A stretch of DNA of 32,000 nt from an uncultured Opitutales bacterium (GTDB lineage Bacteria > Verrucomicrobiota > Verrucomicrobiia > Opitutales > Intestinicryptomonadaceae), in contig CAKTSY010000003.1 of the NCBI GenBank assembly GCA_934613415.1, forward strand, positions 90,001 to 122,000. The letters run 5' to 3'. Position numbers and translations under genes: made by a program. The notes below the pieces were generated by a model. The model was not told the DNA's origin. It saw only the letters and a program-made list of their open reading frames with translations, and ran no database searches. Of the stretch, positions 24,197-32,000 are shown piece by piece (position 1 is the first letter of the stretch; each line of letters opens with the position of its first letter).

Positions 24197-26335
24197 CTAC
24201 TGATTATGCTCGGCAATAATTTTAAGAAATGTAGGCAAAAATGTTGCGGCCTTTTTTTCGCCTATGCCCTTTATAGACATTGCCTCTTCGGCATTTTTGG
24301 GTTTTAAGTCGGCAAGTTTTTTTAAAACCGTGTTGGGGAACACCATATAGGCTGGAACGTTCCCCCTTAAGTGGCAAAGCTGGTTTCGCTTAGAAACCAG
24401 TTTTTTATAAAGCTCGGTATCGTCGGGCATTTCGTCGCTAGCATAGGCTTTTTCGGCAATTTTTGCCTTGCGCTTTTCGCCTTTTTCGGGAATTTCGGGG
24501 AATTCCATATAAGGGCTTTTTGCACTCAGCATAACTTCTATACCCTTCGAACTTAGCCCGACAAGCGGGTAGTCGCCGCAGCTAAGCTCTATTAACGAGG
24601 CGTCTATCATGCAATCTATAAGCTTAGAGACAAAGTTTTTGCCGTATTCCTTTAAGATGGCATATGTAGAAAGCTCGTTTAAACGCGCCGAAACTATTTT
24701 TTCGTCTTTGCTGCCTACAAGGCATTTTACAAGCCTGTCTTTGCCGAAACGCGGCTCCCACATATTTTTACCCGTTTTGTAAGACATTCTGGCCACGCAG
24801 CTTAAAGCTTTGCGCACAATCTCGAGCTTTTCGCCATCAACCGTTTCGGCCTTGTCGGAAACGCCCGAACGACACTTGTCGCACTTGCCGCAATCGGCCG
24901 CGCTGCTTTCACCGAAATAGTCTAAAATCCATCTTTGGCGGCAGCCCGAAGAATATGCGTAGGCCAAAACCGATTTTAATTTGCCCAAATCCCTCTGCTT
25001 TTTAAGCATTAGTGCCTGCGCGTCTATGGGCAAATCTCTTTCGCTTAAACTTAAGTCGCAAATTCTTGTGCATTTTACCCTTCCCGTTTCGCCGTCGAAA
25101 CGCTCTATAAGCGAATACCTGCGCAATATAGACAATGCCGACGAAACCGCCATTTGGTTTGCCTTTTTTTTGCCCCTTTCCGACAAAAGATTTGTCATTT
25201 CCTCTATCGAAAGTTGACAAAAGCCCTCTTTGTCGGACAAATCGCGCAAAAGACGGTAGCACTTTTTTATGAAATCCAAATCGGGGTTAGCTCCCTCTAT
25301 AAAAAATTCCTGAACCCTTTTGTCGGCATACATAAAAAGCATTTCGCAATAGGCGTCTTTGCCGTCTCTGCCGGCGCGCCCCGCCTCCTGATAGTAGCTT
25401 TCTATGCTGCCGCACAGTTCGTAGTGGCACACAAACCTTATGTCGGGGCGGTCTATGCCCATACCGAACGCATTTGTAGCCACGGCCAAACCCACTTTTT
25501 TTGACATAAAAAGGTCTTGGGCTTCGTCTCTTTGCTGAGGCGACATCTTGCCGTGATAGAGTATGTGCGGCACTTTTTCGGCGGCCAAATCTTCCGAAAG
25601 GCTTTCGGCGCTCTTTACTGTGGCGCAATATACAATTCCGGTTTTGTATTTGTCGTAAAGCTCTATAATTCTGTCGAGCTTTTCGGCTTTTTTTGAAACG
25701 CTTCGCACGTTAAAGCTTAAGTTCGGCCTTTCGAAACCCGAAACAAAAACCGATGGGTTTTGCATTGAAAGCTGCTGGACAATGTCGCGGCGAACGTCTT
25801 CGGTGGCGGTTGCGGTAAAGGCGGCAACAACGGGGTTGCCAAGCAGCTTTGCGGCTTTGCCCAAACGCATATAGTCGGGTCTAAAATCGTGCCCCCACTG
25901 ACTTATGCAGTGTGCTTCGTCTATGGCAAAAAGCGAAACGTTTACCCCGCTTATTGCAGACAAAAACGACTGCGCTTTAAAGCGTTCGGGCGCAATATAT
26001 AAAAGCTTTAGTTTGCCGCTTTTTAAGGCAAGCAGGCTTTCCCTTTGCTCTGCAAGAGTTTGCGCGCTGTTTATGCAGGCGGCTGCAATGCCCTTTGAGT
26101 TAAGGGCGTCTACCTGGTCTTTCATCAGCGCAATTAGCGGCGAAACTACAAAGGTTACCCCATCGAACATAAGGGCGGGCAGCTGGTAGCACAAGCTTTT
26201 GCCGCCGCCCGTGGGCATAACCGCCAAAGTGTCTTTGCCCGACAAAACGCTTTCTATAATAGCCCTTTGCGAGTGCCTAAAGTCTTGCAGGCCAAAACGC
26301 AGGTTAAGGCATTCTTTTAGTTTGTCGGCACACAT
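24197..26335 (-). CDS. recQ: ATP-dependent DNA helicase RecQ
   Basis: Contains FRHSQ, PTGGGKSLCYQLP, the DEAH box AIDEAHCISQWGHDFRPDY, Zn-binding Cys residues (CRQR...CGKCDKC) and a C-terminal HRDC-like domain. Length is 712 aa. Confidence 0.93.
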   Translation of the reverse strand: MCADKLKECLNLRFGLQDFRHSQRAIIESVLSGKDTLAVMPTGGGKSLCYQLPALMFDGVTFVVSPLIALMKDQVDALNSKGIAAACINSAQTLAEQRESLLALKSGKLKLLYIAPERFKAQSFLSAISGVNVSLFAIDEAHCISQWGHDFRPDYMRLGKAAKLLGNPVVAAFTATATEDVRRDIVQQLSMQNPSVFVSGFERPNLSFNVRSVSKKAEKLDRIIELYDKYKTGIVYCATVKSAESLSEDLAAEKVPHILYHGKMSPQQRDEAQDLFMSKKVGLAVATNAFGMGIDRPDIRFVCHYELCGSIESYYQEAGRAGRDGKDAYCEMLFMYADKRVQEFFIEGANPDLDFIKKCYRLLRDLSDKEGFCQLSIEEMTNLLSERGKKKANQMAVSSALSILRRYSLIERFDGETGRVKCTRICDLSLSERDLPIDAQALMLKKQRDLGKLKSVLAYAYSSGCRQRWILDYFGESSAADCGKCDKCRSGVSDKAETVDGEKLEIVRKALSCVARMSYKTGKNMWEPRFGKDRLVKCLVGSKDEKIVSARLNELSTYAILKEYGKNFVSKLIDCMIDASLIELSCGDYPLVGLSSKGIEVMLSAKSPYMEFPEIPEKGEKRKAKIAEKAYASDEMPDDTELYKKLVSKRNQLCHLRGNVPAYMVFPNTVLKKLADLKPKNAEEAMSIKGIGEKKAATFLPTFLKIIAEHNQ

Positions 26336-26929
26336 TTAAAAATCGCGCAAGGCAACGGGCTTGCCGAGAACTTCGGCGCAAACCATTGCGTTTTTTAAAA
26401 AGGGCTTGTTTTTAAGCAATTCCGACAAATGCGAATTGTTGTCTAAAAGCTCGGGGTCTTCAGCCTTTACGGCATATTTTGTGTGCACGTTTTCAAGCCT
26501 TAGCTGGGTTTGTCTTAGAACGCGCTCGGCCTCCTGCAAAGACTTGTTGTAGTCGAAATGTTCAAACGCAGGCGCTTCGGGTGTTTTGTGCGAATAGGCG
26601 TCTACAGTCTCTTTCTTTGCCGGCTTTTTTGCAAAAACTTCGGGCTTTGGCGCGTTTTTTTCGCTTTCAAGCTCCTTTTTTATCTCGTCGTAAAAATCCT
26701 CGTAGGCTGGCTCTTCGCGCAAAATGTTGCGCTCGGCATCGCTTTGTTGCGACATATTGCGGCGTTTTATTTCTTCTATGCGCCGCTTTGCCATTTCAAA
26801 ATCTTTAGACGTATTTTGCTCGGGCTTTTTTGCAGTTTTTATAGCCCCAAACACAGCAAAACCAACCCATAATACAATAATTATTATTATGGGGAAAAAT
26901 TCGCCTATGTCTGATTCGAGCAACAGCAT
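26336..26929 (-). CDS. Hypothetical single-pass membrane protein, translationally coupled between floA and recQ
   Basis: One N-terminal TM helix (FFPIIIIIVLWVGFAVFGAI), a long Lys/Glu-rich low-complexity middle, and a C-terminal segment NAMVCAEVLGKPVALRDF. TAAATG junctions occur at both ends (26927-26932 and 26333-26338). No family recognised. Confidence 0.6.
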   Translation of the reverse strand: MLLLESDIGEFFPIIIIIVLWVGFAVFGAIKTAKKPEQNTSKDFEMAKRRIEEIKRRNMSQQSDAERNILREEPAYEDFYDEIKKELESEKNAPKPEVFAKKPAKKETVDAYSHKTPEAPAFEHFDYNKSLQEAERVLRQTQLRLENVHTKYAVKAEDPELLDNNSHLSELLKNKPFLKNAMVCAEVLGKPVALRDF

Positions 26930-27952
26930 TTACTTTTTTGCGGGGCTTTTGCCCGAAATCGAATCGCGCATATTTGTGTCGGACTGAATGTTCTGCAATT
27001 TATAATAGTCCATAAAGCCCATTTTGCCGCTCTTTAAAGATTCGGCCAAAGCCAAAGGCACTTGCGATTCGCTTTCTACAACTTTCGCTTTCATTTCTTC
27101 AACCTTTGCCTTCATTTCCTGCTCTAGGGCAACGGCCGCCGCCCTTCTAATTTCGGCTTGGGCTTGCGCCATATTCTTGTTTGCAATTGCCTGTGCTTCC
27201 TGCAACTTTGCGCCTATGTTTTCGCCAACGTCAACATCGGCAATGTCTATCGACAAAATTTCGTACGCCGTTCCCAAATCTAGCCCACGCCCCAAAACAA
27301 CTTTGGAGATATGGTCGGGGTGCTCCAAAACAAACTTGTAGGTGTCCGACGAGCCTATTGTAGAAACAATGCCTTCGCCGACTCTGGCGATAATGGTTTC
27401 CTCTTGGGCGCCGCCTATAAAGGTTTTAAGGTTTGTCCTTACGGTAACGCGGGCGCGCACTTTAACCTGAATGCCGTCTTTTGCCACGCCGTCTATGCTG
27501 TGCCTGCCCGAATTTGGGTTGGGGCAGTCTATAACTTTCGGGTTAATCGAAGTTCTTACAGCTTCGCCTACGGTTTTGCCCGTGCCCTTTGTGGCAAGGT
27601 CTATCGCCCTTGCCTTTTCCCACGACAAGTCCATACCCGCCTTGTTTGCGGCAACTATTGCCTGAACGGTTGGGATAAGGTTGCCCTCGGCCAAATAGTG
27701 TTCTTCAAGTTGCGCAATGCTTAAATTTAAGCCCGACTTAACCGCCGTAATGCGCGCGTCTACAATCATTCCGTAGGGAACGCCCCTAAGTTTCATAGCC
27801 AAAAGCGTAAGCATAGAAACGGGAGCCCCCGCCAATAACGCTTTAAGCCAAGTGCCCACAAAGGTTACAATTACAACCAGCACAACTATTGCCGCCAGCA
27901 GCGTTGCAACTATTATTATCGTGTTTAAAGGAAACGCATCTGCCAATAACAT
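26930..27952 (-). CDS. floA: Flotillin-like protein FloA (YqfA/UPF0365 family)
   Basis: N-terminal TM helix. Family-typical blocks [69 protein letters not shown] and [17 protein letters not shown]. Length is 340 aa. Confidence 0.88.
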   Translation of the reverse strand: MLLADAFPLNTIIIVATLLAAIVVLVVIVTFVGTWLKALLAGAPVSMLTLLAMKLRGVPYGMIVDARITAVKSGLNLSIAQLEEHYLAEGNLIPTVQAIVAANKAGMDLSWEKARAIDLATKGTGKTVGEAVRTSINPKVIDCPNPNSGRHSIDGVAKDGIQVKVRARVTVRTNLKTFIGGAQEETIIARVGEGIVSTIGSSDTYKFVLEHPDHISKVVLGRGLDLGTAYEILSIDIADVDVGENIGAKLQEAQAIANKNMAQAQAEIRRAAAVALEQEMKAKVEEMKAKVVESESQVPLALAESLKSGKMGFMDYYKLQNIQSDTNMRDSISGKSPAKK

Positions 27953-27956
27953 ATCT

Positions 27957-28424
27957 TTATTTCTCCGATTTTTTTACTGTTAATCTAAAATTGTCGCCGC
28001 CCGTAATTACAAGGGGGCTTTCTTTTTCTATAAATTCCAACTCGCTTTGGGCCTCAAAAGTTTTGCCGTCAACTAAAACCCTGCCCGTAGGCGACATATC
28101 CGTTAAGGCTATTGCCGGCTTGCCTACATATTCCAACGCCGAATTCTCGGGCTGGCTTTCCTTTGTGTCCAGCGAAAGCGATTTTGTAAGCTTCATTTTT
28201 GGCAAAAATTTTAGCCCCATTGCAATGGCAAAAATGGCAACTATAACGCACAGTGCGCTTATCAGCAACCCCGCAACCAAACCAAAGTCGGAAAACGCCA
28301 AAAATATGGCGTATGCGTAGCACAAAACTGCCATTATGCTTAAAGTTCCAAAACTCGGCAAAAAGAATTCCAGACAAAGCAGCACGCTGCCTACTATAAG
28401 AAGCAATAATAAATCCATATGCAA
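27957..28424 (-). CDS. NfeD-family membrane protein
   Basis: Three or four N-terminal TM segments precede a C-terminal OB-fold-like soluble domain ([27 protein letters not shown]). It lies immediately upstream of floA (4-nt gap), the classical nfeD-flotillin pairing. Confidence 0.8.
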   Translation of the reverse strand: MHMDLLLLLIVGSVLLCLEFFLPSFGTLSIMAVLCYAYAIFLAFSDFGLVAGLLISALCVIVAIFAIAMGLKFLPKMKLTKSLSLDTKESQPENSALEYVGKPAIALTDMSPTGRVLVDGKTFEAQSELEFIEKESPLVITGGDNFRLTVKKSEK

Positions 28425-28431
28425 AATAATT

Positions 28432-30264
28432 TTATTTTTCGTAGAATACGTTCATACCACAGTCTTTGCAAGTAAATTCTAGCCTCAATTTTGCACTGTC
28501 GTTTGCCAAATACAAAGGCTCTAAAAAGGGGGTCTTCGTCTTTTTTTTGCACAGTCCCAATTCCCTTAAAACGCAGTGCACCGTGCGCATTACCCTGCGC
28601 GAGTGCATATCCAAACCGCTTTCGGGAGCGCGTGTTATGTTTTTTACATTGCAGCTTTTGTAGAAGCTATCGGACAATCCGTTAAGCGAGTTTAGCTCGA
28701 AGGAGCTGTTTTCAAACAATTTTGCGCCGTCGGGCGAAATCCCGCGCCTGCGCTTTTTTGCCGCATATTGCGCGTTGTAGCTTTGTAGAATATTGTTTTT
28801 TAATTCGGCAAAAACGGCTCTTCTTATCTCGTTTATTTGCGAGGCTTTAAAGAATGGAATTTTGCCGCCTTCAAACGAAAAATCTTCAACCAAAAAGGGG
28901 TATTCGCCGCCTTTTAAGAACGAATCTTTTACCCTTTCGCACGCCGCCGAAAAATTGTTTGCAAATTCTTCTATTTTAACCTTAAAACTTGCCGAAATTC
29001 CGTTTTCGCACCCCAGCAAAATTTCGAAAAAATCTCCGTTGCACTTTGCCGACATTTTGCACGAAAGCATTCTAGTAAACTCTTTGCAAAAAAGTTTGTC
29101 GTTTGCAGCCGAAGAATTGCGCCATATTTGGCTGTTTGCGACAAGCGCGCTTTGCGCCGAGCATTTGGCTATGCCGTTTTCCACCTTTTCTACCCTAAAG
29201 CCGTAGGCGACATTGTCGGGCGAAAGCGCAAAAAATCCGTCTCCGTTCTCTATTTTTAGATTGTTTAAATAAAAGGCATTTTTGCCGCAAAGCTTGGTTA
29301 TTTTGCCCAAATATTCGCCGCGCGACTTAGGGCTTTGCATGCTTGCAAAATTTTTCGGAGCCCCTTCAACCAAGCCAAAATCGGTAAAGCCGCGGTTAAA
29401 AACCTTGTTTACATCGCCAACAAACGGCTTTCTTACAACTTTGCCGAACGACTGCCTTCTTGCCAAGCCCTGTTTTTCCATTTCGCATAGCAAATCGTTG
29501 TAATAGCTTGTTGTGTTTTTTACATAGTCGGCGTCTTTAAGCCTGCCTTCTATCTTAAAAGACGAAACGCCCGAGTCTATAAGTTCGCCCAAAAATGCGC
29601 TGCGGTTCATATCTTTTAAAGACAAATAATAGGCGTCTGGGGCAACCTTTTTGCCGTTGGCGTCCAGCAAAGAATACGCCATTCGGCATGGCTGCGCGCA
29701 TTGGCCTCTGTTTGCGCTTCTGCCGCCTATTGCCTCGCTTAAATAACACTTGCCGCTTTTGCTAACGCACAAAGCGCCGTGCACAAAAACCTCTATTCTC
29801 GCTTCTGGAACGGCTTTGGCAATCTGTTCAATTTTTTTAAGCGAATGCTCTCGCGCCAAAACTATTGTGTCGAAGCCCGCCTCGTACAAAAACTTTGCCT
29901 TTTCGGGGCTATCTATATCGCACTGGGTGCTTGCATGCAATGTAATTTCAGGCAAATCCATATTCAATATGCCCATATCCTGAACAATAATAGCGTCTAC
30001 CTTGGCGTTGTATAGGTCGTGTATAAGGGTTTGCGCCGCGCTTAACTCGCCGTCTTTTAAAAGCGTATTTAGCGCAACGTAAACCTTTACGCCAAACAAG
30101 TGCGCATATTCGCAAAGGCTTTTTATTTCGGCAGTATCGTTTGCGGCGTTCTGCCTTGCCGAAAAGCTGTTTGCCCCTATGTAGACAGCGTCGGCGCCCG
30201 CGTTTATTGCCGAACGCGCCACATCGCAATTCTTTGCGGGACTTAAAAGCTCTACAACCCTCAT
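28432..30264 (-). CDS. U32-family protein (peptidase U32 / probable Fe-S hydroxylase type, YdcP/RlhA-like length)
   Basis: N-terminal ELLSPAKN. The U32 signature EVFVHGALCVSKSGKCYLS is present, with Cys spacing C-x6-C-x15-C-x3-C. Length is 610 aa, with an extra C-terminal Cys set (C-x8-C ... C-x2-C). Confidence 0.82.
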   Translation of the reverse strand: MRVVELLSPAKNCDVARSAINAGADAVYIGANSFSARQNAANDTAEIKSLCEYAHLFGVKVYVALNTLLKDGELSAAQTLIHDLYNAKVDAIIVQDMGILNMDLPEITLHASTQCDIDSPEKAKFLYEAGFDTIVLAREHSLKKIEQIAKAVPEARIEVFVHGALCVSKSGKCYLSEAIGGRSANRGQCAQPCRMAYSLLDANGKKVAPDAYYLSLKDMNRSAFLGELIDSGVSSFKIEGRLKDADYVKNTTSYYNDLLCEMEKQGLARRQSFGKVVRKPFVGDVNKVFNRGFTDFGLVEGAPKNFASMQSPKSRGEYLGKITKLCGKNAFYLNNLKIENGDGFFALSPDNVAYGFRVEKVENGIAKCSAQSALVANSQIWRNSSAANDKLFCKEFTRMLSCKMSAKCNGDFFEILLGCENGISASFKVKIEEFANNFSAACERVKDSFLKGGEYPFLVEDFSFEGGKIPFFKASQINEIRRAVFAELKNNILQSYNAQYAAKKRRRGISPDGAKLFENSSFELNSLNGLSDSFYKSCNVKNITRAPESGLDMHSRRVMRTVHCVLRELGLCKKKTKTPFLEPLYLANDSAKLRLEFTCKDCGMNVFYEK

Positions 30265-30408
30265 TGTTTCAAATAAAATTCAACTGAAAATATGCACTTA
30301 ATTGGGAACACAATCAAGTATAATGCAAGGAGGTTTTTGCCGAACAAAAAAAATGTCTCGCAACAAAAGCCCAAGGGGCGTTTTATTTTAGCTTAAAAAA
30401 ATTTTGCT

Positions 30409-31161
30409 ATGGAAATTTTCGGAATTTATCTAACCGTATTTCAGCTTTTTGCGCTTATGTTTAGCTCGCTATTGCTTGGAATGTCTAAAACGGGCATACA
30501 GGGCATAAGCATAATCTCCATTCCCTTAATGGCGATGGCGTTCGGGGCAAAGGAATCTACAGGAGTTGTTTTGCCCATACTTTGTTTTGCCGACTTAATT
30601 GCCGTAATATACTACAAGCGCGACTGCGTTTTTAAATATGTTGTAAGGCTTTTGCCTTCGGCTGTAGCGGGGTTTTTCCTTGCAATTGCGGTAGACAAAA
30701 TTGTGCCCGAAAATATGTTCAAGGTTTTGCTTGCAATTTGCATACTTGGCGGCTTTGTGATTATGGCATTCGACAAAAAACTGACATCGCAAAATTCGTG
30801 CGTAAACTCTTGGTGGTATGCGCCGCTTTTCGGCATATTGGGCGGGTTTTCCACAATGATAGGCAATGCGGCGGGCCCCGTTATGGCGGTGTATCTGCTT
30901 AGTATGCACCTGCCTAAATTCGCCTTTGTGGGCACAAACGCCTGGTTCTTTTTATGCGTAAACTACCTAAAGCTGCCGCTGCAGGGCTTTGTGTGGAAAA
31001 ACATAACTTTGCAGACCCTTACAATAGACTGCTTGGGAATACCCGCCATATTTATCGGGGCAATTTTGGGAATTTACCTTACAAAGCTTTTGCCCGAAAA
31101 GGCGTACCGCAAATTCATAATTGCAGTTACCATAGTTTCTACACTTGCCCTTTTGTTCTAA
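30409..31161 (+). CDS. TauE/SafE-family anion (sulfite-type) exporter permease
   Basis: 250 aa and very hydrophobic, with 7-8 helices. The Gly-rich helices (GMSKTGIQG, GGFSTMIGNAAGPV) and internal two-fold pattern are typical of PF01925-type proteins. Confidence 0.75.
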   Translation: MEIFGIYLTVFQLFALMFSSLLLGMSKTGIQGISIISIPLMAMAFGAKESTGVVLPILCFADLIAVIYYKRDCVFKYVVRLLPSAVAGFFLAIAVDKIVPENMFKVLLAICILGGFVIMAFDKKLTSQNSCVNSWWYAPLFGILGGFSTMIGNAAGPVMAVYLLSMHLPKFAFVGTNAWFFLCVNYLKLPLQGFVWKNITLQTLTIDCLGIPAIFIGAILGIYLTKLLPEKAYRKFIIAVTIVSTLALLF

Positions 31162-31206
31162 TTTTTTGTTTTACATTGTCCGATTAATGCAAATAAAGTG
31201 TTTGTT

Positions 31207-31905
31207 ATGAAAGCTTGCGAACTTTTTACATTTCCCGAATCGCTTAAAAATTTTTCGGAATTTTTCGACCAAAATGCGCAGCCATGGGAATGGTTGCCGA
31301 AAATTAAAGAGGCTTTAAACGCCGTAGACTTTGCCGCGCTTAAAGACGCAAAGGATCCGTCGGAAATCCCCCAAAACCTGCATATAGAGGGCAAAGTTTT
31401 TATACACAAAACCGCAAAGCTGCCGCATTTTGGCACAATTATTGGCCCCGCCTACATAGGGGCAAACACCGAGCTCAGGCCTTCGGTATACATAAGGGGC
31501 AACGTTATTGCGGGCGAAAACTGCGTGTTGGGCAACTCTTGCGAATTTAAAAACTGCATTGTTATGGACAACGCGCAAATACCCCACTTTAACTATGTGG
31601 GCGACTCTATTTTGGGCAACTTTTCGCACTTGGGCGCGGGCGTAATTTGCGCAAACCTAAAGCTAGACAAAAGCAATGTTTACGCCTACACCGAAAGCGG
31701 CAAAGTTCAAACAAACCTGCGCAAATTCGGCGCAATTTTGGCAGACAAAGCCGAATGCGGCTGCAACGCCGTTTTGCAACCCGGAACTATTTTGGCAAAA
31801 AAGGCAATTGTGCTTTCGGGCATAGCATTTTCGGGCTATTTGGAGGAAAACACAATGTATTACGAAAAGCCTGCCAACCCGCGCAAAGTAAGGAGAATGT
31901 GGTAG
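31207..31905 (+). CDS. Left-handed beta-helix (hexapeptide-repeat) protein resembling the GlmU C-terminal acetyltransferase domain
   Basis: Hexapeptide repeats IGPAYIGANTELRPSVYIRGNVIAGENCVLGNSCEF. The block HFNYVGDSILGNFSHLGAGVICANL resembles GlmU [25 protein letters not shown]. The ATG at 31207 is preferred over the ORF-track GTG at 31198. Confidence 0.6.
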   Translation: MKACELFTFPESLKNFSEFFDQNAQPWEWLPKIKEALNAVDFAALKDAKDPSEIPQNLHIEGKVFIHKTAKLPHFGTIIGPAYIGANTELRPSVYIRGNVIAGENCVLGNSCEFKNCIVMDNAQIPHFNYVGDSILGNFSHLGAGVICANLKLDKSNVYAYTESGKVQTNLRKFGAILADKAECGCNAVLQPGTILAKKAIVLSGIAFSGYLEENTMYYEKPANPRKVRRMW

Positions 31906-31906
31906 T

Positions 31907-32000
31907 ATGAAAACCGTTGCAATAGTTTTGGCAGGCTGCGGAGTTTTAGACGGCTCTGAAATTCACGAAGCCGTAATTACGCTAAACGCCGTAGAAAGCT
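31907..32000 (+). CDS. elbB: 5' end of a DJ-1/PfpI-family ElbB-like protein (runs off the right edge)
   Basis: MKTVAIVLAGCGVLDGSEIHEAVITLNAVES closely parallels the remembered E. coli ElbB N-terminus (..GVILSGCGVYDGSEIHEAVLTL..). AAGGAGA lies 9 nt upstream. The ATG is 1 nt after the previous stop. Confidence 0.7.
   Translation, partial: MKTVAIVLAGCGVLDGSEIHEAVITLNAVES

Noticed and set aside
30323-30391. 22-codon upstream ORF (MQGGFCRTKKMSRNKSPRGVLF) between a TATAAT box (30319-30324) and the TauE gene; possible leader peptide
   Set aside because: Its ATG overlaps the -10 box itself, so it would not be transcribed from that promoter. The nearby AAGGAGG lies inside it and is 19 nt from the second ATG. 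No attenuator structure is evident.
1-32000. Search for CRISPR arrays, tRNA/rRNA genes, IS elements, integrases, and defence or toxin-antitoxin modules
   Set aside because: I saw no regularly spaced direct repeats, no tRNA T-arm or acceptor signatures outside coding sequence, and no transposase, recombinase, reverse-transcriptase or nuclease-type ORFs. The only sizeable DNA-level similarity is between the two GH28 paralogs.

Overview
About 32 kb of chromosome from a Gram-negative-type bacterium, mid-range GC by eye. The phylum cannot be assigned without a database search. TAT-signal Gfo/Idh/MocA enzymes, a secreted HEAT-like repeat protein and AGGAGG ribosome-binding sites are loosely reminiscent of PVC-group or gut-anaerobe genomes (weak inference). 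Almost every gene from 2.4 kb to 30.3 kb is on the minus strand and tightly packed; the RNase P RNA gene rnpB (+ strand) is the only clear exception. Contents, left to right: (1) a CDS tail, a beta-barrel porin, a 5'-truncated metallophosphoesterase remnant, an aldose-1-epimerase-family gene and rnpB. (2) An apparent seven-gene minus-strand operon: uxaC, two Gfo/Idh/MocA oxidoreductases, an SDR (uxuB-like), uxuA, a TAT-exported Gfo/Idh/MocA protein and a secreted HEAT-like repeat protein. (3) ffh. (4) A pectin-type CAZyme cluster: two tandem GH28-like paralogs, a CE7/AXE1-like esterase and an MFS transporter. (5) panD, a class V aminotransferase and topoisomerase III. (6) A translationally coupled block: U32-family protein, nfeD, floA, an orphan membrane protein and recQ. 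(7) On the plus strand, a TauE/SafE permease, a hexapeptide-repeat protein and the start of elbB. I found no CRISPR array, tRNA, rRNA, transposase, integrase or recognisable defence or toxin-antitoxin module. The best candidates for undescribed biology are the three uncharacterised Gfo/Idh/MocA proteins plus the HEAT-like protein wired into a hexuronate operon that lacks the galacturonate branch, and the orphan membrane protein coupled between floA and recQ. All functional calls rest on motif recognition by eye; no searches were run.
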